64,000 bases of DNA from Gemmatimonadota bacterium (GTDB lineage Bacteria > Gemmatimonadota > Gemmatimonadetes > Longimicrobiales > Gaopeijiaceae), in the NCBI GenBank assembly GCA_012267435.1, contig JAAXGM010000006.1, forward strand, positions 12,736 through 76,735, in the 5' to 3' direction. A program made the translations under genes and the position numbers. The notes under the pieces are model-generated. The model was not told the DNA's origin, did not search any database, and worked only from the letters and a program-made list of their open reading frames with translations. The stretch's first letter is position 1, and each line of letters opens with the position of its first letter. Positions 1 to 7,390 of this stretch are shown piece after piece.

Positions 1-1
1 C

Positions 2-985
2 GCGGGCCGGCGCTGGCTGGTGGCGCTCGGGCCCATCGTCTCCGGCATCTTCCTCAGCCTCATCGGACTCGCGCCGAGCTTCGGGGTGCTGGTCGCGCTG
101 CTCGCGCTGGGCGGGCTCGGGAGCGCCTTCTTCCATCCGCCGGCGGTGTCCCTCGCCGGTCGTGTCTCGGAGGGGAAGGGGAGCGGTCTGCGCGTGTCCA
201 TCTTCTCGTTTGGCGGACACCTGGGTTTCGCGCTCGGACCGGTCACCGCGGTGGCCATCGTCGGTGTCTTCACCTTGGAGGGCCTCTGGGTGGCGATGTT
301 TCCCGGCATCCTCATCGGGTTCGCGACCTTGGCGCTTCTGCCTCGCCCGGTGCGAGGCCGCGTGCCCGTGCCGCCGCCCTCGCCGCGACAGGTGCTGCGC
401 GCGCTGGCGGGTCCGCTTGGTCTGGTCTTCGGCATCAGCGCGCTCGGGGCGTTTGTCCAGCGCACCCTCCTGACCCTGTACCCCATCGTGGTCGACCAGG
501 CTGGCGGCTCGGAGACCCTCGGGGCGGCTTCGCTAAGCGTCTACCTGGCACTTCAGGCGGGCGGGACCATCTTCGCGGGCCTGCTGACCGATCGGATCGA
601 CCGCACCCGCCTGCTGGCGGGGATCTGCGTGCTTGCCGCCCCCGCGCACTTCCTGGCGGTCTACCTGCCACCAGGGGGTGTCGCCGCCTTCACGGCCCTG
701 GGCTTCGCGGGGCTGCTCAACATGGCGGTGCTCCCGCCGACGGTGGTCATCGCCCAGGAGATCCTTCCCACGGGGGCCAGCATCGGCTCCGGGATCGTGA
801 TGGGGCTGGCGTGGGGCGCGGGCGCGCTGGGAGTGGGGTTCGTGGGTGCCCTTGGAGACGTGGTGGGGCCTGGGCAGGCCGCGCTCGGCGTCATGCCGAT
901 GTTCCTGGTGGGCGCGGTGCTGGCGCTCCATCCGGCGCTCCGGCCACACGCCCGCTCGGGCACGTGGGGGGCCGCGAGCTCCTAG
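2..985 (+). CDS. MFS-type transporter, 5' end outside the window
   Basis: The frame is open from nt 2, with no stop before the GTG at 20. It encodes 321+ aa of successive hydrophobic G/A/L/V-rich helices (LIGLAPSFGVLVALLALGGLGSAFFHP...), typical of the C-terminal part of a 12-TM major-facilitator permease. The family call rests on composition and topology only. Confidence 0.6.
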   Translation, partial: AGRRWLVALGPIVSGIFLSLIGLAPSFGVLVALLALGGLGSAFFHPPAVSLAGRVSEGKGSGLRVSIFSFGGHLGFALGPVTAVAIVGVFTLEGLWVAMFPGILIGFATLALLPRPVRGRVPVPPPSPRQVLRALAGPLGLVFGISALGAFVQRTLLTLYPIVVDQAGGSETLGAASLSVYLALQAGGTIFAGLLTDRIDRTRLLAGICVLAAPAHFLAVYLPPGGVAAFTALGFAGLLNMAVLPPTVVIAQEILPTGASIGSGIVMGLAWGAGALGVGFVGALGDVVGPGQAALGVMPMFLVGAVLALHPALRPHARSGTWGAASS

Positions 986-1002
986 GTGCCGTCGCTGCCA
1001 GC

Positions 1003-1347
1003 CTAGCCGGATAGCTGGTGAGTGCAGTGGATGTGTATCGCTGCAAGGTGCAGCCCGTCGTCCTCCTGCCGCCACTCATATTGGATCTCGTCGTCGCAGT
1101 TCTCGTCCGCCCGCGGCCCTGCATGACACACGGTAAACTCCGCGACTTCCTCATACGATGCGCCTTCGACTTCGAGTGAGCACCCGGGAGGGTGAAGGTC
1201 CGCCGCAACCACGCCCACGGTCGTCCACCACTGGTTCGACCCGACATCCGGCGTGGTGAGCGGCGCATCGTATGAGGGGACCCGGATCGTGGCCTTGGCA
1301 GGAAGCCCTGCCCGTCCCAAGGCGAGCGTCGAACGGGGCCGGATCAT
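1003..1347 (-). CDS. Hypothetical small protein (114 aa), orphan
   Basis: ORF with mixed, non-junk composition (…EVEGASYEEVAEFTVCHAGPRADENCDDEIQYEWRQEDDG…). It contains several rare codons (ATA, CTA) for this GC level. I recognise no family. Confidence 0.3.
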   Translation of the reverse strand: MIRPRSTLALGRAGLPAKATIRVPSYDAPLTTPDVGSNQWWTTVGVVAADLHPPGCSLEVEGASYEEVAEFTVCHAGPRADENCDDEIQYEWRQEDDGLHLAAIHIHCTHQLSG

Positions 1348-1628
1348 GACCGAGTCCTTCGTGGACGCGGCTGTGGCGTTTCATCGAGCGATGGAACGAA
1401 CTGAGGCCGCCGGGCACGGAGCGGTAGCACCCGGTGTCATCCGCGCCGGTAGTGTGACGAGGGTGTCGCTCTTACCTGCTGCGAAGTGATCCTCTGGCCG
1501 TTCCGTTCCCGTTGACCCGAACGCAGCGCAAAGATTAGGTTTTTGCGCGGCGTTCCCGGGCTTGTGGCGAATCTGTGCGAGCCATGGATGAACGCGACGG
1601 ATTCCCGCACCAGCCACACATTCGCTTC

Positions 1629-2339
1629 ATGTCCAAGTATTCCCGACGTCCGGGCCTGGGAGGGCCGGCCTCCAGCGCGCCCGACGAGGACGACCTCTTT
1701 ACGAGCAGGATCCTCGAACTCACCGTCTGGGCCCAGGACAACGCCCAGACCCTGATCTTCGCGGGCATCGTGGTCGCCCTCGCCATCGGCGCCACCGTCT
1801 ACTACTTCAATTTCAGCGAGACGCGTGAGAACCAGAGCGCTCTCGAACTCGAGCAGATTCATCAGGTCGTGGGGGTGGTCACCACCGAAGAGACCCTCGC
1901 CGAGCTGAACCGGTTCCTGGAACGCTTCGAGGACGCCGCAAGTACGGCCGAAGCCAGGCTTCTCCTGGGTCAGGTCCATCTCGAGAACGGGAATGCCCAA
2001 GGTGCCATCGACGCGCTGCAGCCGCTCCGCGGCCGCCTCGGGGAACCGGTGGCGCTGCAGGCTGGCTTCCTTCTGGGCGCCGCGTACGAGCAGCAGGGCC
2101 TTTGGGACGAAGCGGTGGCGACCTATCTCGATATCGCCGGCGAGACCGACCTGGGCTTTCAGCTGCGCAACGCCCTCTCCGACGCGGCCCGCGTGCGCGC
2201 GGCGCAGAGTCGCTACGTCGAGGCGGAGGCTCTGTTGGGCGATCTGTTGGACGAGCTGGACGCGGCCGACCCCGGCCGCGGCGTCATCGAGATGCGCCTA
2301 GCCGAGATGCGCGCTCGTCGGATGTCGTCCGGAGGTTGA
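1629..2339 (+). CDS. Membrane-anchored TPR-like protein (YfgM/UPF0070-like architecture)
   Basis: It has a short cytoplasmic N-terminus, one TM helix (LIFAGIVVALAIGATVYYF), then helical repeats rich in A/L/E with TPR-like spacing (…LLLGQVHLENGNAQGAIDAL…FLLGAAYEQQGLWDEAVATYLDI…). The ATG at 1629 is preferred; the ORF track start at 1575 is also possible. Confidence 0.5.
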   Translation: MSKYSRRPGLGGPASSAPDEDDLFTSRILELTVWAQDNAQTLIFAGIVVALAIGATVYYFNFSETRENQSALELEQIHQVVGVVTTEETLAELNRFLERFEDAASTAEARLLLGQVHLENGNAQGAIDALQPLRGRLGEPVALQAGFLLGAAYEQQGLWDEAVATYLDIAGETDLGFQLRNALSDAARVRAAQSRYVEAEALLGDLLDELDAADPGRGVIEMRLAEMRARRMSSGG

Positions 2340-2489
2340 ACTCCAGAGTCCGACTCGGCTAGCCACCGACTAGCAGCTAGGTCGAGACGCGGCATCCGGA
2401 CGCGGGTGCCTTCGAGCGTCTTGCCCGGGCTGACGACGGGAAACAGGCGGCGATGTCCCCACAGGCCGCCCTTGCCCCAGGGATTGCGT

Positions 2490-4766
2490 TCAGAACGGTG
2501 CAAAGGCCCGCAGGTGTCCCTGCCATCCCGGAGCGTGTGGCCCGGCCCCGTCGGTCTGGTGCCATGGTGACAGGGGTCTGCCAAGGTCCGCGCGCAAGAG
2601 CCCGTTGAAGATGGAGATCCCTACTCCCGCCGACTGAAGGCTGCTGCCATCGACCGACGCCCAGTCGTGGAAGACGGAAACGGCCAACAGGCTGATCTTG
2701 CGTTGCAGCTCGGCGCGGCTTCTCCACACTTGGCTCCCGCGCAGCACGACGAAGGGATAGCCCCGCAGCCAGTCGCCCGATCCTCCCAGTCGCCATACCT
2801 CTTCCGGCGCGGGGTCTCCCCAGATGTTCGCGCCGCCAGCCTCCAGCGCCGCCGACAGACCGGCCGGCAGCGGGATCACCAGACCACCCATGACGGAAAA
2901 GCGAACGCTGGGGAAGTCGCCGAACATGCCATGTAGCGAGACGTCGGCACCCCCGTTCACGCGACGCCCGGTGAACCCGCCCCACCACGGCCTCCAGTAC
3001 ACGTCCGCTCCGGTCCGCGTCCGCGTATCGCCGTGGAGCGTTGTCGTCTTCTCGGAGAACAGCCGCAGCGACGTCCAGAAACGTTCGTCTCTCGAGGGGA
3101 GGAGTTGAAGAGCCGCGCCCCGCGCCACGTAGTACCACGAGGAATCCGCTCCTGGTTCGAGGCGTTCTGGACGCCGTCCGGCCACCCCGCCTCCGGCTTC
3201 CCGCAGCGTGTGGTACAGGGAGAACCGCACGCGGGGGCTCGATCTACCGTGCTCGAGGGAGAAGTCGATGTTGGGTTCGGCTCGCCGCGTCGCCGCGCGC
3301 ACCGTCAGCGCACCCCATCCCCATGGGAAGCCGCGGAGCAGACGGGTGCCCGCCGACAGGCCTTCGACCGGATTGTACCGAAGCAGGTCGGGGGCCAGAA
3401 ACGGCGGGTCGAAGGACCATGGGCCAGTCCCCCGATCAATCCGCGCACTATCCGTATCGGCAGGAGCTCCGGCGATGCCGATGGAGTCGAGAAGCCTTCC
3501 GGTTTCCTCGAGTTCGCCCGCGTAGACTCCGATCTCCCGCTCCTCCCAGATTGACGGCGGGAGCAGGTCGCTCGCGGCGAGCGCCCGCCAGTCGCGGGGC
3601 GTGATGACCACCGTGCCGGAGTCGGGTTCCGACGCGTCGTTGACCTCGACCGTGTCTCCCTCCTCGCGCCATGCGCGCACCAATTCCTCCGCCGTGGGTC
3701 CCGGGCCCGCAGCCGTCGCGTCGTACGTCGACACTTCCTCGATCTCGAAGTCCCAGTCGTGAAGCTCTTGGACCGTGACCACCCCCGAGTATTCGGCGTC
3801 CAACTCGTCTCCGGCATGGCCGTAGCGCGCGAAACCGGCTCTTCTGGGAAGCCAGTAGCGGAAGTTCCAAAGCGTATAGTCCACAACCACCGACACCCCC
3901 ACTTCCATCCGGGGAGTCAATGCCTCGTAGCCGTAGTTCACGATCCGGTCGATGAGAGAGGGTTCCGGGGATGGCCGCGCCCTTACACCCTCCACCGCAC
4001 CGCCCGCAACCACAAGTCCGACGCCCCCGTCCCAGTCGCGTCCAAGGCGAAAGCTCATCTCCGATTCCATGGGCTTTGCCGGACGATAGATCGCGCGGAC
4101 CACGCCGAACGTTTCGGGCTCAATCCACATCACGGCGAAGACCAGCCCGAGGTCGCGGAATCGCGGGCTGGCGGTGACGCCGACCGCCTGTACCGACCTG
4201 CCGTCGGCGAGGCTGACCGAAATCGTGTCTCCGGAACGGAACTGGTAGAATCGCTCCGCGTCATCGTCGAGAGGGGTCACCGAAGGTACAAACCAGGATT
4301 TCCGGGATTCGGAGCCGAATCCAGAGACGATGAAGAGACCGAAGGGGTCGAGCAGTGGATCGGCGGCGAAGCGTGCCGCGATCCCTTCGGGCTGACGGGA
4401 CTTCAGGCGCTGGCCGCCGAGTGCCATCCGGGATCCGAGCACGCGCAGGACGGTGGGACCATCCTTGGACCAGCGGACGCGGGTGGCCGACTCGAAACGC
4501 AGAACGGGCCGGTCACGCACCAGCAACGATGCCTCGACGGACCTGCGCTCCCTCACCAGGGCGGTGTACGACTCGATCTCCGACAGGGCGGAATCGCGGG
4601 CGTCGCGCACTCCCTCCATGAGGTACCGCGCGGTTTCGTCCAGGTAGACCCGCGAACCGGATAAGTCATCTTCGGGTTCGGCATCCGGTCGCTGTGCGGC
4701 TGCGGGCCACGCGACCGCGGCGGCCAACACCCAAGCTGAGACCATGACGTCCGCAGCTGCGATCAT
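2490..4766 (-). CDS. Omp85/BamA-family (surface antigen D15-like) outer-membrane beta-barrel protein
   Basis: A signal peptide follows the internal ATG at 4766 (MIAAADVMVSAWVLAAAVAWPAAAQ). The C-terminal ~150 aa carry the Omp85 barrel signature as I recall it (LGGSGDWLRGYP…RAELQRKI…VFHDWASV…SAGVGISI…LRADLGRPL), and the terminal residue is Phe. The N-terminal ~550 aa are not recognisable to me. Confidence 0.5.
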   Translation of the reverse strand: MIAAADVMVSAWVLAAAVAWPAAAQRPDAEPEDDLSGSRVYLDETARYLMEGVRDARDSALSEIESYTALVRERRSVEASLLVRDRPVLRFESATRVRWSKDGPTVLRVLGSRMALGGQRLKSRQPEGIAARFAADPLLDPFGLFIVSGFGSESRKSWFVPSVTPLDDDAERFYQFRSGDTISVSLADGRSVQAVGVTASPRFRDLGLVFAVMWIEPETFGVVRAIYRPAKPMESEMSFRLGRDWDGGVGLVVAGGAVEGVRARPSPEPSLIDRIVNYGYEALTPRMEVGVSVVVDYTLWNFRYWLPRRAGFARYGHAGDELDAEYSGVVTVQELHDWDFEIEEVSTYDATAAGPGPTAEELVRAWREEGDTVEVNDASEPDSGTVVITPRDWRALAASDLLPPSIWEEREIGVYAGELEETGRLLDSIGIAGAPADTDSARIDRGTGPWSFDPPFLAPDLLRYNPVEGLSAGTRLLRGFPWGWGALTVRAATRRAEPNIDFSLEHGRSSPRVRFSLYHTLREAGGGVAGRRPERLEPGADSSWYYVARGAALQLLPSRDERFWTSLRLFSEKTTTLHGDTRTRTGADVYWRPWWGGFTGRRVNGGADVSLHGMFGDFPSVRFSVMGGLVIPLPAGLSAALEAGGANIWGDPAPEEVWRLGGSGDWLRGYPFVVLRGSQVWRSRAELQRKISLLAVSVFHDWASVDGSSLQSAGVGISIFNGLLRADLGRPLSPWHQTDGAGPHAPGWQGHLRAFAPF

Positions 4767-4879
4767 TCGCACCTTCCGCCTCCACCGGGCACTGTTCCTT
4801 CGACTCTGTTCGTGCGGTATTGCCTTCACTGGAAAAGCCCTGGTTGAAGGTCTCGGCTCGCGCCGGAAATCGTTCCAAC

Positions 4880-4908
4880 ATCTCATGGCCATCCGGAGCT
4901 GGTGTCAA
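4880..4908 (-). promoter_or_regulatory. Candidate sigma-70-type promoter of the Omp85-like gene (TTGACA-17-TGAGAT)
   Basis: Read on the minus strand: perfect TTGACA (4903-4908), a 17-nt spacer, then TGAGAT (4880-4885). This lies ~110 nt upstream of the ATG at 4766. The -10 matches only 3/6. Confidence 0.3.
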
Positions 4909-4909
4909 T

Positions 4910-4955
4910 CGGCACGGAAAATGTCCCGGTTGTCGGCATGGAAAATGTCCCGGTT
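4910..4955. repeat. Two direct repeats with 24-bp period (CGGCAYGGAAAATGTCCCGGTT)
   Basis: 4910-4931 and 4934-4955 are 21/22 identical. Each contains a GGA-N5-TCC dyad. On the gene strand they directly abut the TTGACA hexamer. Confidence 0.8.
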
Positions 4956-5172
4956 CTGCGGCTGCCCCGCAACAAGCGGAACGACCGGGGCGGGGGAGCG
5001 AGGGCGTCATGACGGACCCTTTCGGGACACCTGTCGCTTCGGTGAAGTCGAGCCAACGCCGAGCACCTGCTGAGGGTCCCAAGGATTTCCCCAAACTGCG
5101 CATAATATGTATTACGTATAGTCACGGAATCTCGCCACCCCACTCTCGGAATTCCGTGGCGGTGAATATCCC

Positions 5173-5228
5173 CTGATGTCGGCGGTCGAAATTCTGATGG
5201 CCGCCGTCGCGATTTCTGATGGCATCAG
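5173..5228. repeat. Phased CTGATG motifs (three copies, 21-22 bp apart) ending in a 13-bp palindrome
   Basis: CTGATG starts at 5173, 5194 and 5216. The last copy forms CTGATGgCATCAG (5216-5228). Copy 2 lies in the loop of the inverted repeat CGGCGG(5180-5185)/CCGCCG(5201-5206). A degenerate fourth copy, TTCTGATTGG, is at 5271-5280. Confidence 0.7.
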
Positions 5229-5286
5229 CTTGAGGCGCCGATGGGAACGGCCAGTTACGGTCAGTCAGTTTTCTGATTGGGTGGCT

Positions 5287-6057
5287 TCACAGCCGCCCGA
5301 ACAGGTCGAGCATGCGGAGCATCCACACGCGCCAGACCGCTTCCCGAACGATCTTCCCCGACATCTTCGACTCGCCGGAATCGCGCTCCGTGAAGACGAT
5401 CGGAACCTCGACCAGGCGAAAACCCTTGCGCGCCGCGCGGAACTTCAACTCGATCTGAAAGGCGTATCCGTTGGAGACGATTCGATCGAGGTCGATGGCT
5501 TCCAGCACTTCCCTGCGCCAGCAGTTGAACCCACCGGTGGCGTCGGCGACCGGAAGACCGGTGATGGTGCGCGCGTACCAGCAGCCGAAGTAGCTGATCA
5601 GTAGCCGGCTCATGGGCCAGTCGACCACGGTGACCCGGCCGCGGAGGTAGCGGGAACCGATGACGACATCCGCGTGCCGGGTCTGCTCCATGAACGCAGG
5701 CAGCATCTCCGGCGAATGGGACAGATCGGCGTCCATCTCGCAGAGCAGCGGGTATCCGCGGGCGAGACCCCATTTGAACCCCGCTAGGTACGCGGGACCA
5801 AGGCCGAGCTTTTCGGTTCGATGAAGGACGTGGATGCGGGGTTCGCCGGCGGCCATGTCATCGGCCAGCTGCCCGGTGCCATCCGGGGACCCGTCGTCGA
5901 TGACCAGGATCTCGATGCCTGGATGCTGCTCCAGAACCAGGGGCACGATCCTGGGGAGGTTCTCCCGCTCGTTGTAGGTCGGGATCAGGACCAGCAATCG
6001 ATGATCGTCAGGCACGGATCGTTCTCTCCCTGCTCTCAGGGCCCGGCAGACCTCCAA
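5287..6057 (-). CDS. GT2 polyprenol-phosphate mannosyltransferase (Dpm1/Ppm1-like)
   Basis: The sequence LVLIPTYNERENLP…ILVIDDGSPDGT…LHRTEKLGLGPAYLAGF…EMDADLSHSP is the classic dolichol/polyprenol-P mannose synthase pattern. The ORF-track start at 6057 is a TTG lying inside a ghost duplication. The GTG at 6015 (MPDDHRLLVLIPTYNE) is probably the real start. Confidence 0.85.
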   Translation of the reverse strand: MEVCRALRAGRERSVPDDHRLLVLIPTYNERENLPRIVPLVLEQHPGIEILVIDDGSPDGTGQLADDMAAGEPRIHVLHRTEKLGLGPAYLAGFKWGLARGYPLLCEMDADLSHSPEMLPAFMEQTRHADVVIGSRYLRGRVTVVDWPMSRLLISYFGCWYARTITGLPVADATGGFNCWRREVLEAIDLDRIVSNGYAFQIELKFRAARKGFRLVEVPIVFTERDSGESKMSGKIVREAVWRVWMLRMLDLFGRL

Positions 6058-6084
6058 ATGCCGTCAAACTGCCAGGTCGTTGCT
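6037..6084 (-). pseudogene. Ghost copy of the 3' end of the upstream GT4 gene, with an in-frame stop
   Basis: 6037-6084 aligns without gaps to 6299-6346 (37/48 identical, hand alignment). It translates as SNDLAV*RHLEVCRALRAG, against SNDLLVERHLEVYRTLRAG at the real GT4 C-terminus. Confidence 0.6.
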
Positions 6085-6268
6085 TTCACTGCCCCCGTCC
6101 AGCCGCACAAAAGCACCTCACCTCTGGCGTCCCTCGAACGCAGATGAAGTAGGCACGTTCGCCGACGGAATCTCCGCTGACGACGACGGGAAAATTGCCA
6201 TAGCTTTTATGCCTTCTTGATCCACGGATGCGCACAGCCACCCCGAATCGTTGATGAGCAACCGGTCT

Positions 6269-7390
6269 TCACGGCCGAGCCGCCCGTTCCCCTGCCCGCA
6301 GGGTCCGGTAGACCTCCAGGTGCCTTTCAACGAGGAGGTCGTTGCTCCAACGGGTGACGACGCGCTCGCGAGCCCGGCACCCCATCGCCGTCAGATCGGC
6401 GCGGCGCAGGAGGGTGACGAGCCGCTTGGCAAGATCGGCGGGATCCCCTGATTCGAATAAGGTTCCCACCGATTCGTCCACGATCTCAGGCAATCCTCCG
6501 ACCCGGGAGGCTGCCACCGGGAGTTCGCACGCCATGGCCTCCAACGCCGCGATCGAAGTCGCCTCCATCAGTGAGGGAATGACCGCCGCTGCGGCGGAAG
6601 AGAGAATGCCGGGTATCTCGGAATTGGGGCGTGCGCCAAGAAAGCGGATCCGGTCCGCTACGCCCAACTGCGCGCTCAGGCTCTCCAGCGCCTCTCGCTC
6701 CGGTCCGTCGCCTACCAGAATCGCCTCCACTCCGGGAACCTCTGAGGTGATTTCGGGCATTGCCTGAACGAAAAACCGCACTCCGTTCTTGGGAAACAGA
6801 CGGCGCGGCACGACCAGTAGAGGCCCGGACACGGGCGGAAGCGACGGTTCGCAGCGGCGAAAGACCGATGTGTCCACCCCGTTGGTCACCGGCTCGGTGG
6901 ACAGACCCGGGAGCAACCCGTTGGCGACATCGGCGATCTCGACGCTGGTGGCGAAGGTATGGTCGGATGCGCGCAAGAGAGCGCGGAGGCCCGGCCGCCA
7001 CTGCGCCTTCCCCGCCAGCCGGAGGAAATGGGAAGTGTGCAGTGTCGTAACCAATGGCCGGCCGCGGATCCGGCCGGCAATCCAGGCCGGAGGGATGGAG
7101 GCGATGGCTTGGGCGTGCACCACGTCCGCCCGGACGCTCGCCCGGGTGGTCCGCGGCGTCGAGCACATCGAGTGCAGGAACCACCCGCCCGGGTTGCGTC
7201 CCGGAAGCCATGTCCTCGAGACGTGGATATCTGCCATGAACTGCTCACGGGGAATATTCGGCTGGGACCGCGAAGTGACCACATCCACCCGATGTCCCCG
7301 GGCCACCAAGCCTCGGCACAGGTTGAAGACATGGCTCTCCAGCCCGCCGACTTCCGGTGGGAAGTAGATGCAGTGCATCAGGATGTTCAT
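6269..7390 (-). CDS. GT4-family glycosyltransferase
   Basis: The N-terminus MNILMHCIYFPPEVGGLESHVFNLCRGLVARGHRVDVVT and the C-terminal EATSIAALEAMACELPVAASRVGGLPEIV (E-x7-E-type motif) are typical of GT4 retaining glycosyltransferases. Its ATG overlaps the wecB stop (ATGA). Confidence 0.85.
   Translation of the reverse strand: MNILMHCIYFPPEVGGLESHVFNLCRGLVARGHRVDVVTSRSQPNIPREQFMADIHVSRTWLPGRNPGGWFLHSMCSTPRTTRASVRADVVHAQAIASIPPAWIAGRIRGRPLVTTLHTSHFLRLAGKAQWRPGLRALLRASDHTFATSVEIADVANGLLPGLSTEPVTNGVDTSVFRRCEPSLPPVSGPLLVVPRRLFPKNGVRFFVQAMPEITSEVPGVEAILVGDGPEREALESLSAQLGVADRIRFLGARPNSEIPGILSSAAAAVIPSLMEATSIAALEAMACELPVAASRVGGLPEIVDESVGTLFESGDPADLAKRLVTLLRRADLTAMGCRARERVVTRWSNDLLVERHLEVYRTLRAGERAARP

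Noticed and set aside
5009-5176. Small + strand ORF (55 aa, MTDPFGTPVASVKSS…) with a GGAG/GAGGG-like stretch upstream, in the Omp85 upstream spacer.
   Set aside because: Its second half is read through the AT-rich island using codons (ATA ATA TGT ATT ACG TAT AGT) that are foreign to this genome. There is no recognisable family, and no independent evidence of a rightward promoter.
5176-5604. 142-aa + strand ORF starting in the spacer.
   Set aside because: Beyond 5287 it runs antisense through the well-supported GT2 mannosyltransferase gene, and its sequence is junk-like.
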